The translations under genes were made by a program, and so were the position numbers. From a virus: a DNA stretch of 64,000 nucleotides. The notes beneath the pieces are model-generated. The model made no database searches and was not told where the DNA came from. It saw nothing but the letters and a program-made list of their open reading frames with translations. The first letter of the stretch is position 1. Each line of letters starts with the position of its first letter. This document shows positions 35,668 to 44,165 of the stretch, in pieces. The DNA is taken from positions 6,617-70,616 of the IMG/VR virus record IMGVR_UViG_3300046616_000269. One strand, 5' to 3'.

Positions 35668-36240
35668 ATGAACATCAAAGACTACCGCGGCATGCTGATG
35701 ATCAGCAAGCACCGCCTGGACGATGAACTGGAAATCCAGGCCGAGATTCAGGATCGCATCGCCACCCAGAAGGCACTTGCGAACACCAAGCAGCTGGAAG
35801 CCAAGGACCTGCTGATGCGCAAGGAAGGCCGGCTGGCCGAAGACCTGCGCGATGACGAACCGAAGTTGACCGTGGGCGCCATCAACGCCAAGGTTGCACG
35901 GGACCCCGAACGGATGAAGGCCTGGGACCACTACCAAGCCATGCGCGCCGAGCACGAAGCCTGGGAAGGCCTGCACGAGGCCTGGAAGAGCCGGGGCTAC
36001 AACCTGAAGGCCATGGCGGACCTCTGGCAAGCCGGCTACTGGACCAGCGACAGCTACAGCCCAGCCGGGCCACGTGGCAAGCAGGAAGACCGCCAGGACC
36101 AGCGCCGCGCCGATATGCGCAAGGCCCACCCGGAGCGGACCCGCGACGTGGCAGCAGAAGGCGCTGCAGCTGGCCGCCGCCAACGCACCCTGGTCGATGA
36201 AGACGAACCGGAGATTAAGCCGCGTCGGAGGATCGAATGA
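35668..36240 (+). CDS. UvsY-like recombination mediator
   Basis: Helical protein with a L.I....LD.E pattern, just upstream of SSB and recA. Confidence 0.5.
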   Translation: MNIKDYRGMLMISKHRLDDELEIQAEIQDRIATQKALANTKQLEAKDLLMRKEGRLAEDLRDDEPKLTVGAINAKVARDPERMKAWDHYQAMRAEHEAWEGLHEAWKSRGYNLKAMADLWQAGYWTSDSYSPAGPRGKQEDRQDQRRADMRKAHPERTRDVAAEGAAAGRRQRTLVDEDEPEIKPRRRIE

Positions 36241-36374
36241 CATTTTTCGAGTTCTTGGGTTGGGGGTTGCTCGCCCTCGTCCTGATCTACCTTGCCGCAC
36301 GCCTTGGGTCGGCGGCTTGGTATAAGAGCAAAAGAGAGCATGACAGTATCGCAACCAAAAGGAAACAAGCATGA
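36237..36374 (+). CDS. 45-aa single-TM membrane protein (not in the ORF track)
   Basis: MTFFEFLGWGLLALVLIYLAARLGSAAWYKSKRE...; ATGA overlaps at both ends. Confidence 0.6.
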   Translation: MTFFEFLGWGLLALVLIYLAARLGSAAWYKSKREHDSIATKRKQA

Positions 36375-37579
36375 GCCGCAACCGTGATGACGAACGCCCA
36401 GCGCGCCGCAGCCGCGACGAAGAAGATGAACCCCGCCGCCGCCCAGCGCGTGACGACGAAGACGAACCCCGCAGCCGCACCAGCCGCAGCCGTGATGACG
36501 AAGACGAGGCCCCACGCCGTGGCGGCCGCAGCGGGGGCGCCAGCGGCTATACCTACCGCGAACGCAGCAGCGAAAGCGTTGCCAAGCGCGCCCAGGGCGG
36601 CGGCGACTTCGACAAGATCCTGAAAGACGGCATCAAGATGTGGAAGCCGAACGACGGCGACAACAACATCCGCATCTTGCCGCCAACCTGGAAGGATGCC
36701 GAGCACTTCGGCCTGGACCTCTATGTCAACTATGGCATCGGCGCCGACAAGGCAACCTACCTGTCGCTGTCGAAGATGAAGGGCGAAGACGACCCCATCG
36801 AAGAAGAGCGCCGCAAGGCCCAGCAGGACGGCGACGAAGAGTATGCCAAGGAACTGGCGCCGAAGAAGCGCGTTCTGGTCTGGCTCATCGACCGCGACCA
36901 CGAACGCGATGGCGTGCAGGCCTGGGCAATGCCGCAGGGCCTGGACCGCGACATCGTCAAGGTCAGCGTGGATAAGAAGAGCGGCGAGGTGCTGCAGATC
37001 GATCACCCCGAAGACGGCTACGATGTCAGCTTCGAGAAGAACGGCACCGGCATGAAGACCAAGTACGAGGCCGCCAGCATCGCACGTCGGTCATCGCCGC
37101 TTGGCAAGGATGCATGGCTGCAATTCGCCATCGACAATCCGCTGCCCGACCAGCTGAACTACTTCGACTACGACCACATCGCCCGCGCCTTTGGCGGCAA
37201 GTCGGCGTCCAAGCGCCGCGACCGCGACGAAGACGACCGCGACGATGACCGCGGCAGCAGCCGCAAGGGCCGCGACGACGACGATGCACCGCGCAGCCGT
37301 GGTGGACGCGATGAAGAACCGACGCGAGGCCGCAAGAAGGCCAGTGACGAGCCCAGCTGGGAATCCGTGCACGAGATGACGCGCACCGAGCTGGAAGACC
37401 TCATCGAAGCCGAAGACCTCGACATCCGCGCCAAGGATGCCAAGGACGACGAAGACCTGGCCGACTGGATCTGCGAAGACATGAAGCTGAAGAAGGTCGA
37501 AACGTCAAGCCGCCGCCGCGTTGTCGAAGACGACGAAGACGACAAGCTGGCCGACATCCGCAAGCGTCGGAGGGATTAA
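36371..37579 (+). CDS. gp32-like ssDNA-binding protein
   Basis: G.N.IRILPP, DP..E and D.PEDGYD motifs; highly charged tails; adjacent to recA. Confidence 0.7.
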   Translation: MSRNRDDERPARRSRDEEDEPRRRPARDDEDEPRSRTSRSRDDEDEAPRRGGRSGGASGYTYRERSSESVAKRAQGGGDFDKILKDGIKMWKPNDGDNNIRILPPTWKDAEHFGLDLYVNYGIGADKATYLSLSKMKGEDDPIEEERRKAQQDGDEEYAKELAPKKRVLVWLIDRDHERDGVQAWAMPQGLDRDIVKVSVDKKSGEVLQIDHPEDGYDVSFEKNGTGMKTKYEAASIARRSSPLGKDAWLQFAIDNPLPDQLNYFDYDHIARAFGGKSASKRRDRDEDDRDDDRGSSRKGRDDDDAPRSRGGRDEEPTRGRKKASDEPSWESVHEMTRTELEDLIEAEDLDIRAKDAKDDEDLADWICEDMKLKKVETSSRRRVVEDDEDDKLADIRKRRRD

Positions 37580-37582
37580 GCC

Positions 37583-38734
37583 ATGGCGACTACTGCTAAG
37601 AAGAAAGTAGTCGCCCGCCGTGCAATCGCGGATAAGCCCGCGGTCGCACGTCGCGCAACTAAGGCCAGTCCCACGACTGGCTCTACTCGCGTCCGAGTCG
37701 TCATCGAAGACGATGGCGGCGAAGAGCTGGCACACGGCGGCGGCGTAGCCAGCGATTACTTCGCCAAGGTCGATAAGGAAGGCGTCGACTTCATCAGCAG
37801 CGGCTGCGTGGGCCTGGATGCAGCGCTGGGCGGCGGCTGGCCTAGTGGCCGCGTCGTCAACATCGTTGGTGACCGCAGCGCCGGCAAGACCCTGCTGGCA
37901 ATCGAAGCCTGCGCGAACTTCCATCGCAAGTTCCCAGTCTGCCACATCCGATACGCAGAAGCCGAAGCCGCCTTTGACGTGCTCTACGCCGAAGCCCTTG
38001 GCATGCCGGTCGATGCAGTCGAATACGATAGCGGCAGGCCGCTGCGTACCATCGAAGATTGGCAGAAGGACTTGACCGAAGTCCTGAAGGCGAACAAGGG
38101 CAAGCCAATCCTCTACGTGCTGGATAGCCTGGATGCACTCAGCGATGAAGCCGAAGCCGAGCGCGACATCGACAAGGCCAGCTTCGGCGCCAGCAAGGCC
38201 AAGAAGATGGGCGAACTCTTCCGGCGCATGGTGGCGGAAATCGAAGACGCTAACTGCACGCTGATCGTCATCAGCCAGCTACGCGACAAGATCGGCGTTA
38301 CCTTCGGTGAAAAGCAGACCCGCAGCGGTGGCCGCGCCCTGGACTTCTATGCCACGCATATCGTCTGGCTGTCGGAGATCGGGAAGATCAAGAAGACCAT
38401 CGACAAGGTCGAGCGCGTCGTCGGAACCAACGTCAAAGCCCGCATCAAGAAGAACAAGGTGGGGCTGCCGTTCCGCGAGTTTGCCTACCCCATCATCTTC
38501 GGCTACGGCATCGACGACTTGACATCTAGCGTCGAATGGCTGCTGGAGGTCGGATGCGATGACCGGCTAAAGGAAGTCGGCATGAGTGCAGCCGGCTACA
38601 AGGTCCGCATCGGCAACCTGCGCAACAAGGGCGGCGCCGAAGTGAAGGATATCCGCGAAAAGCTGAACGTCATCGTCCGCGATGAGTGGCAGCGGATCGA
38701 GATGAAGTTCTTACCACGCTCACGCAAATACTAA
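37583..38734 (+). CDS. recA: RecA/UvsX recombinase
   Basis: SSG...LD.ALGGG, GDRSAGKT, LDSL, SQLR.KIGV.FG, GGRALDFYA and KNKV motifs. Confidence 0.95.
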   Translation: MATTAKKKVVARRAIADKPAVARRATKASPTTGSTRVRVVIEDDGGEELAHGGGVASDYFAKVDKEGVDFISSGCVGLDAALGGGWPSGRVVNIVGDRSAGKTLLAIEACANFHRKFPVCHIRYAEAEAAFDVLYAEALGMPVDAVEYDSGRPLRTIEDWQKDLTEVLKANKGKPILYVLDSLDALSDEAEAERDIDKASFGASKAKKMGELFRRMVAEIEDANCTLIVISQLRDKIGVTFGEKQTRSGGRALDFYATHIVWLSEIGKIKKTIDKVERVVGTNVKARIKKNKVGLPFREFAYPIIFGYGIDDLTSSVEWLLEVGCDDRLKEVGMSAAGYKVRIGNLRNKGGAEVKDIREKLNVIVRDEWQRIEMKFLPRSRKY

Positions 38735-38744
38735 GGAGAAGGCC

Positions 38745-39020
38745 ATGGCCGGGAAACTCGACATCAAACTGGGTCAGCGCTGGGTGACCCGCAGCGGGGC
38801 CATCGTCACGGTGGTCGTTGACCGATACGAAAGGTTCCCGGCCAACGGCTGGCGCTGGGCGCTGACAAACGACCAGATCGCCGATGAAGCTGGCCGCGTC
38901 AGCATGGCAGGCCTGCCGCACGACAGCGACCTGATGACGCTGTACAGTGAGCCCGATGTGGTGAAGCTCAGCAACGCCAGCATCCAAGGCATGGATTCAA
39001 CAATGGGGAGTTTGGAATGA
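38745..39020 (+). CDS. hypothetical protein
   Basis: AAGGAG RBS. Confidence 0.6.
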   Translation: MAGKLDIKLGQRWVTRSGAIVTVVVDRYERFPANGWRWALTNDQIADEAGRVSMAGLPHDSDLMTLYSEPDVVKLSNASIQGMDSTMGSLE

Positions 39021-39244
39021 ACGAAGAAACGCAAAACCTACGAGCTGGGCTTGAACAAGGCCGGGTCAAGTTGCCAGAAACCAAAGAAGAAGCCAAGGGT
39101 ATGGCACTTCTGGGCATTGCATGGTTAAAGGCGTATGCGCCCGAAGAACTTATCTCGCATCCCGAAAAGCCGGGGCTGCTGACGGTGCCGACGCAGACCT
39201 TCTGGCAGGTCGTTCAACCCCAAGATCATGAGCAAACCAAATGA
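39017..39244 (+). CDS. hypothetical protein
   Basis: ATGA-coupled. Confidence 0.55.
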   Translation: MNEETQNLRAGLEQGRVKLPETKEEAKGMALLGIAWLKAYAPEELISHPEKPGLLTVPTQTFWQVVQPQDHEQTK

Positions 39245-40266
39245 GTGAAAAACTGGAAGACATCGTCAAGGACATGCGAGACCGTCAGCGCGACATCTAC
39301 GCAAATCACCTGGAGACCTTTGCTGACAGGCTGGAAGCTGCAGCGCAGAGGCTCTTGCAGCTTCCAGAAGTCCCAGGACTCGACCCCTGGGTGGTCAGGC
39401 AAGCCGCAGCTGGCGGCCATGGAATCATTGTCCGCTTGATCGATGAAGGCCCCATCTTCAACCAGGACTATCGCAAGGATTCGATGGGCTGGAATGTGGA
39501 GATGAATGACGGCACCATTAAATGCTTCTCTGGCAATGGCCTGGGCGGCTTCATCGTTTTGGACAGCTGGCGTAAGCCCGGGTCGCAGAATGTGCCCTCA
39601 TTTAACTCGCCCGAGAAGTCACGCATAGCCGAAGCCTTCTCGCAGCCATTAAAACATGCAGACGGCTACACGACCGGCGCAGCCGTGGGGTTTATGTCGC
39701 CAGACACCAAACCAGAAGACGCAAAACTGATAGGGTTGGCAGTCGATCCAAAGGACGGCTTCTTGTCCCCTCTATGGGAAGGCAAGATGCTGCCCCGCAA
39801 TGGCGCCAACGTTCCCGCTCTTAGCCAAGGGTGGACCTGGAAATTTGAATGGGATGAGGATGCCGTGCGCTGGCTTGTGTCACCAGATCGTGACATGTGG
39901 ACGCTCATTCATTCCAAACGCCACGATCCAAAACGCGCCTTCACGATCAACATCGGTGGCACGACGCAGCAATATGCAGGTGAGATTGATCCCGAAGACC
40001 CCTGCACCGTCGTCTTCAATTTGACGCCTGAGCAAGCTGCAGCGCTGGAGTCACCCGTTAACCAGCCCGGTGACCATGTGCACTTGACGGAGGCTGGTTC
40101 CCTTGCTTCAGCCCAGGCCGTCGTCGATGCCATACACCCCACATCATGGGCAAGTTATGAATGCGGGCCGGGCAGGGTTCAACTCGATGGTGAATTTACT
40201 CTTGAAGAGCTGGAAGCCATCATCAAAGTCAGACGCGAAACGCCTGACGAGGACTTGCCAGAATGA
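39241..40266 (+). CDS. hypothetical protein (lower GC)
   Basis: Long ORF coupled at both ends. Confidence 0.65.
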   Translation: MSEKLEDIVKDMRDRQRDIYANHLETFADRLEAAAQRLLQLPEVPGLDPWVVRQAAAGGHGIIVRLIDEGPIFNQDYRKDSMGWNVEMNDGTIKCFSGNGLGGFIVLDSWRKPGSQNVPSFNSPEKSRIAEAFSQPLKHADGYTTGAAVGFMSPDTKPEDAKLIGLAVDPKDGFLSPLWEGKMLPRNGANVPALSQGWTWKFEWDEDAVRWLVSPDRDMWTLIHSKRHDPKRAFTINIGGTTQQYAGEIDPEDPCTVVFNLTPEQAAALESPVNQPGDHVHLTEAGSLASAQAVVDAIHPTSWASYECGPGRVQLDGEFTLEELEAIIKVRRETPDEDLPE

Positions 40267-40535
40267 ACCCCGCCGCACAGGCGCTGGTCGCTAAGTTCAG
40301 AGCTAACCAACCCGTTAAGCCCGAGTTTGACTGCATCGGTGCCTTCCCCGTTCAGCTTGACGGCTACTTTTCAGTAGCGTTTGCCGAACCCGATAAATTG
40401 ACGGCAATCGGCCACAGCGGCGGTCGCATGGCAGTTACGTGGGTGGATGGCGACCGCGGCGGCTACCAGGTTCTGCAGCGCCCCGTCCCACCACGCCCGA
40501 CTTTCTGGCAACGACTTTTCAGGTGGTTCAAATGA
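40263..40535 (+). CDS. hypothetical protein
   Basis: ATGA-coupled. Confidence 0.55.
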   Translation: MNPAAQALVAKFRANQPVKPEFDCIGAFPVQLDGYFSVAFAEPDKLTAIGHSGGRMAVTWVDGDRGGYQVLQRPVPPRPTFWQRLFRWFK

Positions 40536-41284
40536 AACTTTTCAGCCGCAGCCCCAGCAAGCGCCGGGTCATCATCCGCAGTGGCTTGGCCGGTCTGCTA
40601 CTAGGTGGTGCCTTGGCGCTGGCAGCCTGGGGCCTGCACGAAGAGGCCGCGCCCAACTACTACGGCGAATACAAGGAGTCCGTGAAAGCTGCAGCCGCCA
40701 CGCTCGATGTCAGGGACAACTGCAAAATCGGCAAGTTTGGTGTGGCGCCCTGGCGTAAGCAGGCCGAACCGAAGGATGCCGCCTGGGAGGCCCATACTCG
40801 ACTCGCGCTGTCCGCCATGGCCCTGACGCCAGCTGCCGTCGATAAGGCGGTCGTGGCCCTGCGCAGGGCACCAGATACGGCTGCAGTCCTGGGCAACCGC
40901 TACGGCATGCCGATAAACAGCGGCTCCTACTATCTGCCGGTCTTCGAGACGACCTTCAGGCGCAGCGATGGCGTCTACACGATCTGCCATGCCAGCACCA
41001 CCGACTTCGCCGATGACCAGCAGATGGAAGGCGCGACTGTGCACGTCATCCAAGACGGCGCCATGACCTACCACATCGGCGAATTCCTGGCTTGCGGCAA
41101 TATCTCGCGCTTCCTGCCGGCGCCACCGGGCTGGCTGCCCTATGGCATGCAGCGACCCAAGGCCGCGGTGCCAGCACCAGGTGCCAGCGGCGCGGCGGGC
41201 GCCGGCAATCAGATCCCAGAGCCTTCCAGTCTGGCCCTGGGCTGGCTGGCGCTGGCGTTGGCCTTTTTCTTCGGAGCTTCCTAA
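40532..41284 (+). CDS. PEP-CTERM sorting-domain protein
   Basis: N-terminal basic + hydrophobic signal; Pro/Gly/Ala linker; C-terminal QIPEPSSLALGWLALALAFFF. Confidence 0.8.
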   Translation: MKLFSRSPSKRRVIIRSGLAGLLLGGALALAAWGLHEEAAPNYYGEYKESVKAAAATLDVRDNCKIGKFGVAPWRKQAEPKDAAWEAHTRLALSAMALTPAAVDKAVVALRRAPDTAAVLGNRYGMPINSGSYYLPVFETTFRRSDGVYTICHASTTDFADDQQMEGATVHVIQDGAMTYHIGEFLACGNISRFLPAPPGWLPYGMQRPKAAVPAPGASGAAGAGNQIPEPSSLALGWLALALAFFFGAS

Positions 41285-41622
41285 TGCTACCCACCAAAAT
41301 GACCACACTAGAAGAAGACAGCATCATTGCTGCACTGCATGAGCAGCCCATGACCTACGTCGAGCTTTGCAAGGCAACGCAGATGTCCATGACCCGGCTA
41401 CGAAACCGCATCGGCCTGCTGATCAATGCCGGCAAAGTCCAGCGCGCAGGCAAGCGCAAGTCTAAGAATGGGCTGATGGCGGAAGTCTTGGCCCTGGCAT
41501 CCGCGAAGGGTTTGATCGAGCAGGTGGTAGTGCCGCCCCGGCCCTGGGTCACGCCGCGCTTTAAGTCTATTTTTGCCGGCGGTATAAATCCCTGGCACAT
41601 CTACGAAAACCAACAACAATGA
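41284..41622 (+). CDS. winged-HTH protein
   Basis: PMT..EL...T.MS...L.NRI..L...GKV; TAATG overlap. Confidence 0.6.
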   Translation: MLPTKMTTLEEDSIIAALHEQPMTYVELCKATQMSMTRLRNRIGLLINAGKVQRAGKRKSKNGLMAEVLALASAKGLIEQVVVPPRPWVTPRFKSIFAGGINPWHIYENQQQ

Positions 41623-42278
41623 ACATCATCGCAGTGGGAATTGACGCGGCCTTCGCCAACATGGGCTTTGCGCGCGTCCGCATAACTGGCAGCAGCCTGC
41701 AGACGCTGCAGGTCCAATGCCTGGGGCTCAGCCTCACGCAGACGGAAGGCGATGGCAAGCGCCGCGTCGTGCGCAAGAGCAGCGAAGAACTGCTGCGCGC
41801 CCGCCAGCTGCACGCCGCCATGCATGAAGCCTGCCGGGGCGCCACCTTTGCCTTTGTCGAAGTGCCCAGCGGCAGCCAGTCGGCGGCAGCGGCGCGAAGC
41901 CTGGGCATTGCGGTCGGTGTCCTGGCTGGCTGCCCCATCGCCATCATCGAAGTCAGCCCCATGGAGGTCAAGGCCGCGGTTGCCGGCAAGCGGGTTGTCA
42001 AGGGCGCCAGCAAGGCCGACATCATCGCCTGGGCTGCCGCCAAGTGGCCGGATGCACCATGGCAGCGGGCGCCACACAAGGCCACGGTGATGAACAAGAA
42101 GACTGGGCAGCGCATCAGCCTTCCAGCTGGCCGCCTGCTGGCTGACAACGAGCACTGCGCCGACGCCATGGCTTCGGTCATGGCCGGTATCGCCACGCCA
42201 GAGTTCCAGCGCCTGCTTGCCATGCAAGCGGCTTTCCCACCCCCAGTCAGGCGGCGTGTCGTGCTGCTGGACCAGTAA
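41619..42278 (+). CDS. ruvC: RuvC-like Holliday junction resolvase
   Basis: VGIDAA...G, FVEVP.GSQ, VSP.EVK, K..II..A and EHCADA motifs. Confidence 0.85.
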   Translation: MNIIAVGIDAAFANMGFARVRITGSSLQTLQVQCLGLSLTQTEGDGKRRVVRKSSEELLRARQLHAAMHEACRGATFAFVEVPSGSQSAAAARSLGIAVGVLAGCPIAIIEVSPMEVKAAVAGKRVVKGASKADIIAWAAAKWPDAPWQRAPHKATVMNKKTGQRISLPAGRLLADNEHCADAMASVMAGIATPEFQRLLAMQAAFPPPVRRRVVLLDQ

Positions 42279-42314
42279 CCCATCCCCTTGCCGGGCACAT
42301 CCTGAAAGACCATC

Positions 42315-42659
42315 ATGCAAATGGACAGAAACCTCAACCCGGACGGCATGGGCAAATACGCCATCCTCAACCTGCGCAAGCTGATCGACCCCACCGCGCA
42401 CCCAGGCGACCTATCCCGCTTCTCGCCGGAAGTGCTGGACGCGTTGGCGACGCTGGAAAAGGCGGGCGGGCTCGAATGGGGCATCACCGGCAAGCCCGAC
42501 GAGTTTTTTCTGATCAAGCTGAAGGATTTCTACGCCATGCCAGCGCTGAATGCCTACGCTGGCGCCATTGAGCCTGACGACGCGCAATTTGCCGCCGAGG
42601 TCCGCGAGATGGCCCAACGCAGTGGAGTGCGCAGTCCTCACTGCAAGCGCCCGGATTGA
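42315..42659 (+). CDS. conserved phage hypothetical protein
   Basis: EFFLIKLKD..A..AL.AYA pattern. Confidence 0.65.
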   Translation: MQMDRNLNPDGMGKYAILNLRKLIDPTAHPGDLSRFSPEVLDALATLEKAGGLEWGITGKPDEFFLIKLKDFYAMPALNAYAGAIEPDDAQFAAEVREMAQRSGVRSPHCKRPD

Positions 42660-42695
42660 ACCCCATCCTCTGCCCGAGCAAATTGGAGAAACAGA

Positions 42696-42962
42696 ATGAT
42701 CAGAGCACGATTCAAAGTCAACGGCGCGGACTACCGGCCTGTGATGTGGCCCATCCCCCACCCCTACTGGTGCAGCGGCTACAGCGCAGACGGTAAAGCC
42801 ATCATCGTCGCCTACGCAGCCGGCGAGCCGCAAATTCTTCGCCTATGGCCGGACGCAGAGGACATCGACGTGATGGAAACAGAGCTGACGCAATACACCT
42901 TCACTGAACGGTTTCAGCGCCCTGAATGGTTCGCTCAGGCCGATATCCAACCCCCTGTCTGA
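42696..42962 (+). CDS. conserved phage hypothetical protein
   Basis: DYRPV.WP..HPYWCSG; GGAG RBS. Confidence 0.65.
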   Translation: MIRARFKVNGADYRPVMWPIPHPYWCSGYSADGKAIIVAYAAGEPQILRLWPDAEDIDVMETELTQYTFTERFQRPEWFAQADIQPPV

Positions 42963-42969
42963 GAAGACC

Positions 42970-43959
42970 ATGAAACTGCCTGCACTTATAACAAGCGACC
43001 TGCACTTGGTCAGCAATGAATCAGCGGCTTACCGCTGGGACCTGTTTCCGTGGCTGAATGAAACCATCGCAGAGGAACGAGTCAAGACCTTGCTGATACT
43101 CGGCGACATCACGGATGCCAAGGATCAGCACCGCGCCGAACTCGTCAATAAGATCGTGGCGGCAATCGCCAGCCTGAAGGTGCCGGAAATCATCATCCTG
43201 TCCGGCAACCACGACTGGTTGCAGCAGGGCCACGAGTTCTTCAAGTTCCTGAACATGCTGCCCAACGTGCAGTTCATCACCCAGCCGCGCGAAGACCTGG
43301 ACGTCAAAGGCGAGTCGGCCTTCTACCTGCCCTACAGCAAGCAGCCGGCCAAGGACTGGGCGGGCTTCGACCTGAGTCACTACCGCTGGGTCTTCATGCA
43401 CCAGACCATCAAGGGCAGCATATCCAGCAACGGCCAGGAGATGGAAGGCGAGGACCTGCCGGATCTGACGGGCGCCGGGAAGATCTACAGCGGCGACATT
43501 CACGTTCCCCAGGTCATCGGCCCCATCGAATACTGCGGCAGCCCCTACCATGTCCACTTCGGCGATAAGTTCAAGCCGCGCTGCGTGCTGCTCGAACGCA
43601 ATGGCAATGCCGTCGACCTGCACTTCAACACCATCAGCCGCGTAACGGTGGCGGTCGGCAGCATCAAGGAACTCCGGCGCCAGAAGTTCAGGGCCGGCGA
43701 CCAGGTCAAGCTGCGGGTGCAGCTGGCCGAAAGCGAAAAGCATGAGTGGTCGCGCATCAAGCGTGAAGCCCAGGCCGTGCTTGCCGACCAGGGCGTCCAG
43801 ATACATGGCATCGAACTCGTGGTCGGCAAGTCAGATGCGCGGCTGCGCGCCGTCAAGTCGGCGACCAGCTACTCGCCTGAAGATTCCATCCTGCGCTTTG
43901 TCGAACAAGAAGACTTGACGGCAAGCGCGTATGAAGCAGCCATGGAGATACTCGAGTGA
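42970..43959 (+). CDS. sbcD: SbcD/Mre11-like metallophosphoesterase nuclease
   Basis: SDLH, LGD, GNHD, MHQ, GDIH and YCGSP motifs. Confidence 0.9.
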   Translation: MKLPALITSDLHLVSNESAAYRWDLFPWLNETIAEERVKTLLILGDITDAKDQHRAELVNKIVAAIASLKVPEIIILSGNHDWLQQGHEFFKFLNMLPNVQFITQPREDLDVKGESAFYLPYSKQPAKDWAGFDLSHYRWVFMHQTIKGSISSNGQEMEGEDLPDLTGAGKIYSGDIHVPQVIGPIEYCGSPYHVHFGDKFKPRCVLLERNGNAVDLHFNTISRVTVAVGSIKELRRQKFRAGDQVKLRVQLAESEKHEWSRIKREAQAVLADQGVQIHGIELVVGKSDARLRAVKSATSYSPEDSILRFVEQEDLTASAYEAAMEILE

Positions 43960-44165
43960 GCAGCAACTATCCAAGTACGGAGCCCTTCAATGCCAAGGGT
44001 TGGCGGCCGACCATCTTCTTCTACAGGCGCTGGTGGCGCATCAGGCAGAATTACGTCTGGAAGCGCCTGGATGACAAGCAGAAGACCGAGCTGCTGAAGA
44101 CCTATCAGCACGTGGCTTTCCTGAATGCCTGCCCCGACCGCCTTGAGCATGCGAGGCCCGCATGA
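43956..44165 (+). CDS. hypothetical protein
   Basis: Coupled between sbcD and sbcC. Confidence 0.5.
   Translation: MSSNYPSTEPFNAKGWRPTIFFYRRWWRIRQNYVWKRLDDKQKTELLKTYQHVAFLNACPDRLEHARPA

Noticed and set aside
36380-36510. Tandem GACGAAGA-type repeats (CRISPR-like or DGR-like?)
   Set aside because: They encode the RDDEDE low-complexity tail of the SSB; no constant repeat/spacer structure and no reverse transcriptase
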